From contig JANMLN010000099.1 in NCBI GenBank assembly GCA_031372565.1, forward strand, positions 1-46,392: 46,392 nt of DNA. Direction: 5' to 3'. Position 1 is the stretch's first letter, and every line of letters starts with the position of its first letter. This DNA comes from Gemmatimonadota bacterium (lineage in GTDB: Bacteria > Gemmatimonadota > Gemmatimonadetes > Gemmatimonadales > Gemmatimonadaceae). Positions 46,387 through 46,392 of this stretch are shown piece by piece. The notes below the pieces were generated by a model. The model had not been told where the DNA came from and did not search any database. It saw nothing but the letters and a program-made list of their open reading frames with translations. The position numbers and the translations under genes are program-made.

Positions 46387-46392
46387 TCGGCG

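Noticed and set aside
46318..46392. Identical 30-bp repeats as a CRISPR array
   Set aside because: The copies are separated by only 2 bp with no unique spacers, another copy lies 1.1 kb away, and there are no cas genes. This fits a REP-like repeat.

Overview
GC-rich bacterial chromosomal window. The gene style suggests Gemmatimonadota, which is an inference only. The left ~28 kb is a large cell-envelope glycan locus. It holds a UbiA-type polyprenyl-phosphate phosphoribosyltransferase, two Dpm1-like GT2s (one with a DUF2304 partner), five polytopic GT-C-like membrane proteins and a SAM methyltransferase. It also holds two membrane-anchored sulfatase-fold proteins with a non-canonical Thr motif (T-L-P-x-H instead of C/S-x-P-x-R), a cysN-cysQ-cysC-cysD PAPS-synthesis cassette, a Gfo/Idh/MocA-GT2-Wzx-GT2 operon and a PEP-CTERM surface-protein gene. 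That gene has a complete sigma-54 promoter architecture (-24/-12 box, IHF-like site, tandem TGT-N12-ACA-type enhancers). The right ~18 kb is mostly housekeeping: trmL, a spermidine-synthase-like MTase, tonB, mazG, alr, deoB, cdd, a lipoprotein plus outer-membrane barrel pair, a hybrid kinase, miaB, a ComFB-family protein, comEC, DUF4157, fbp and a split methylmalonyl-CoA mutase. It ends in a zinc-ribbon hypothetical gene bracketed by identical 30-bp REP-like palindromic repeats. The best candidate for an undescribed system is an extracytoplasmic, lipid-donor-driven glycan decoration (possibly sulfation) pathway that may act on PEP-CTERM proteins. All family calls come from motif recognition by eye; no searches were run.
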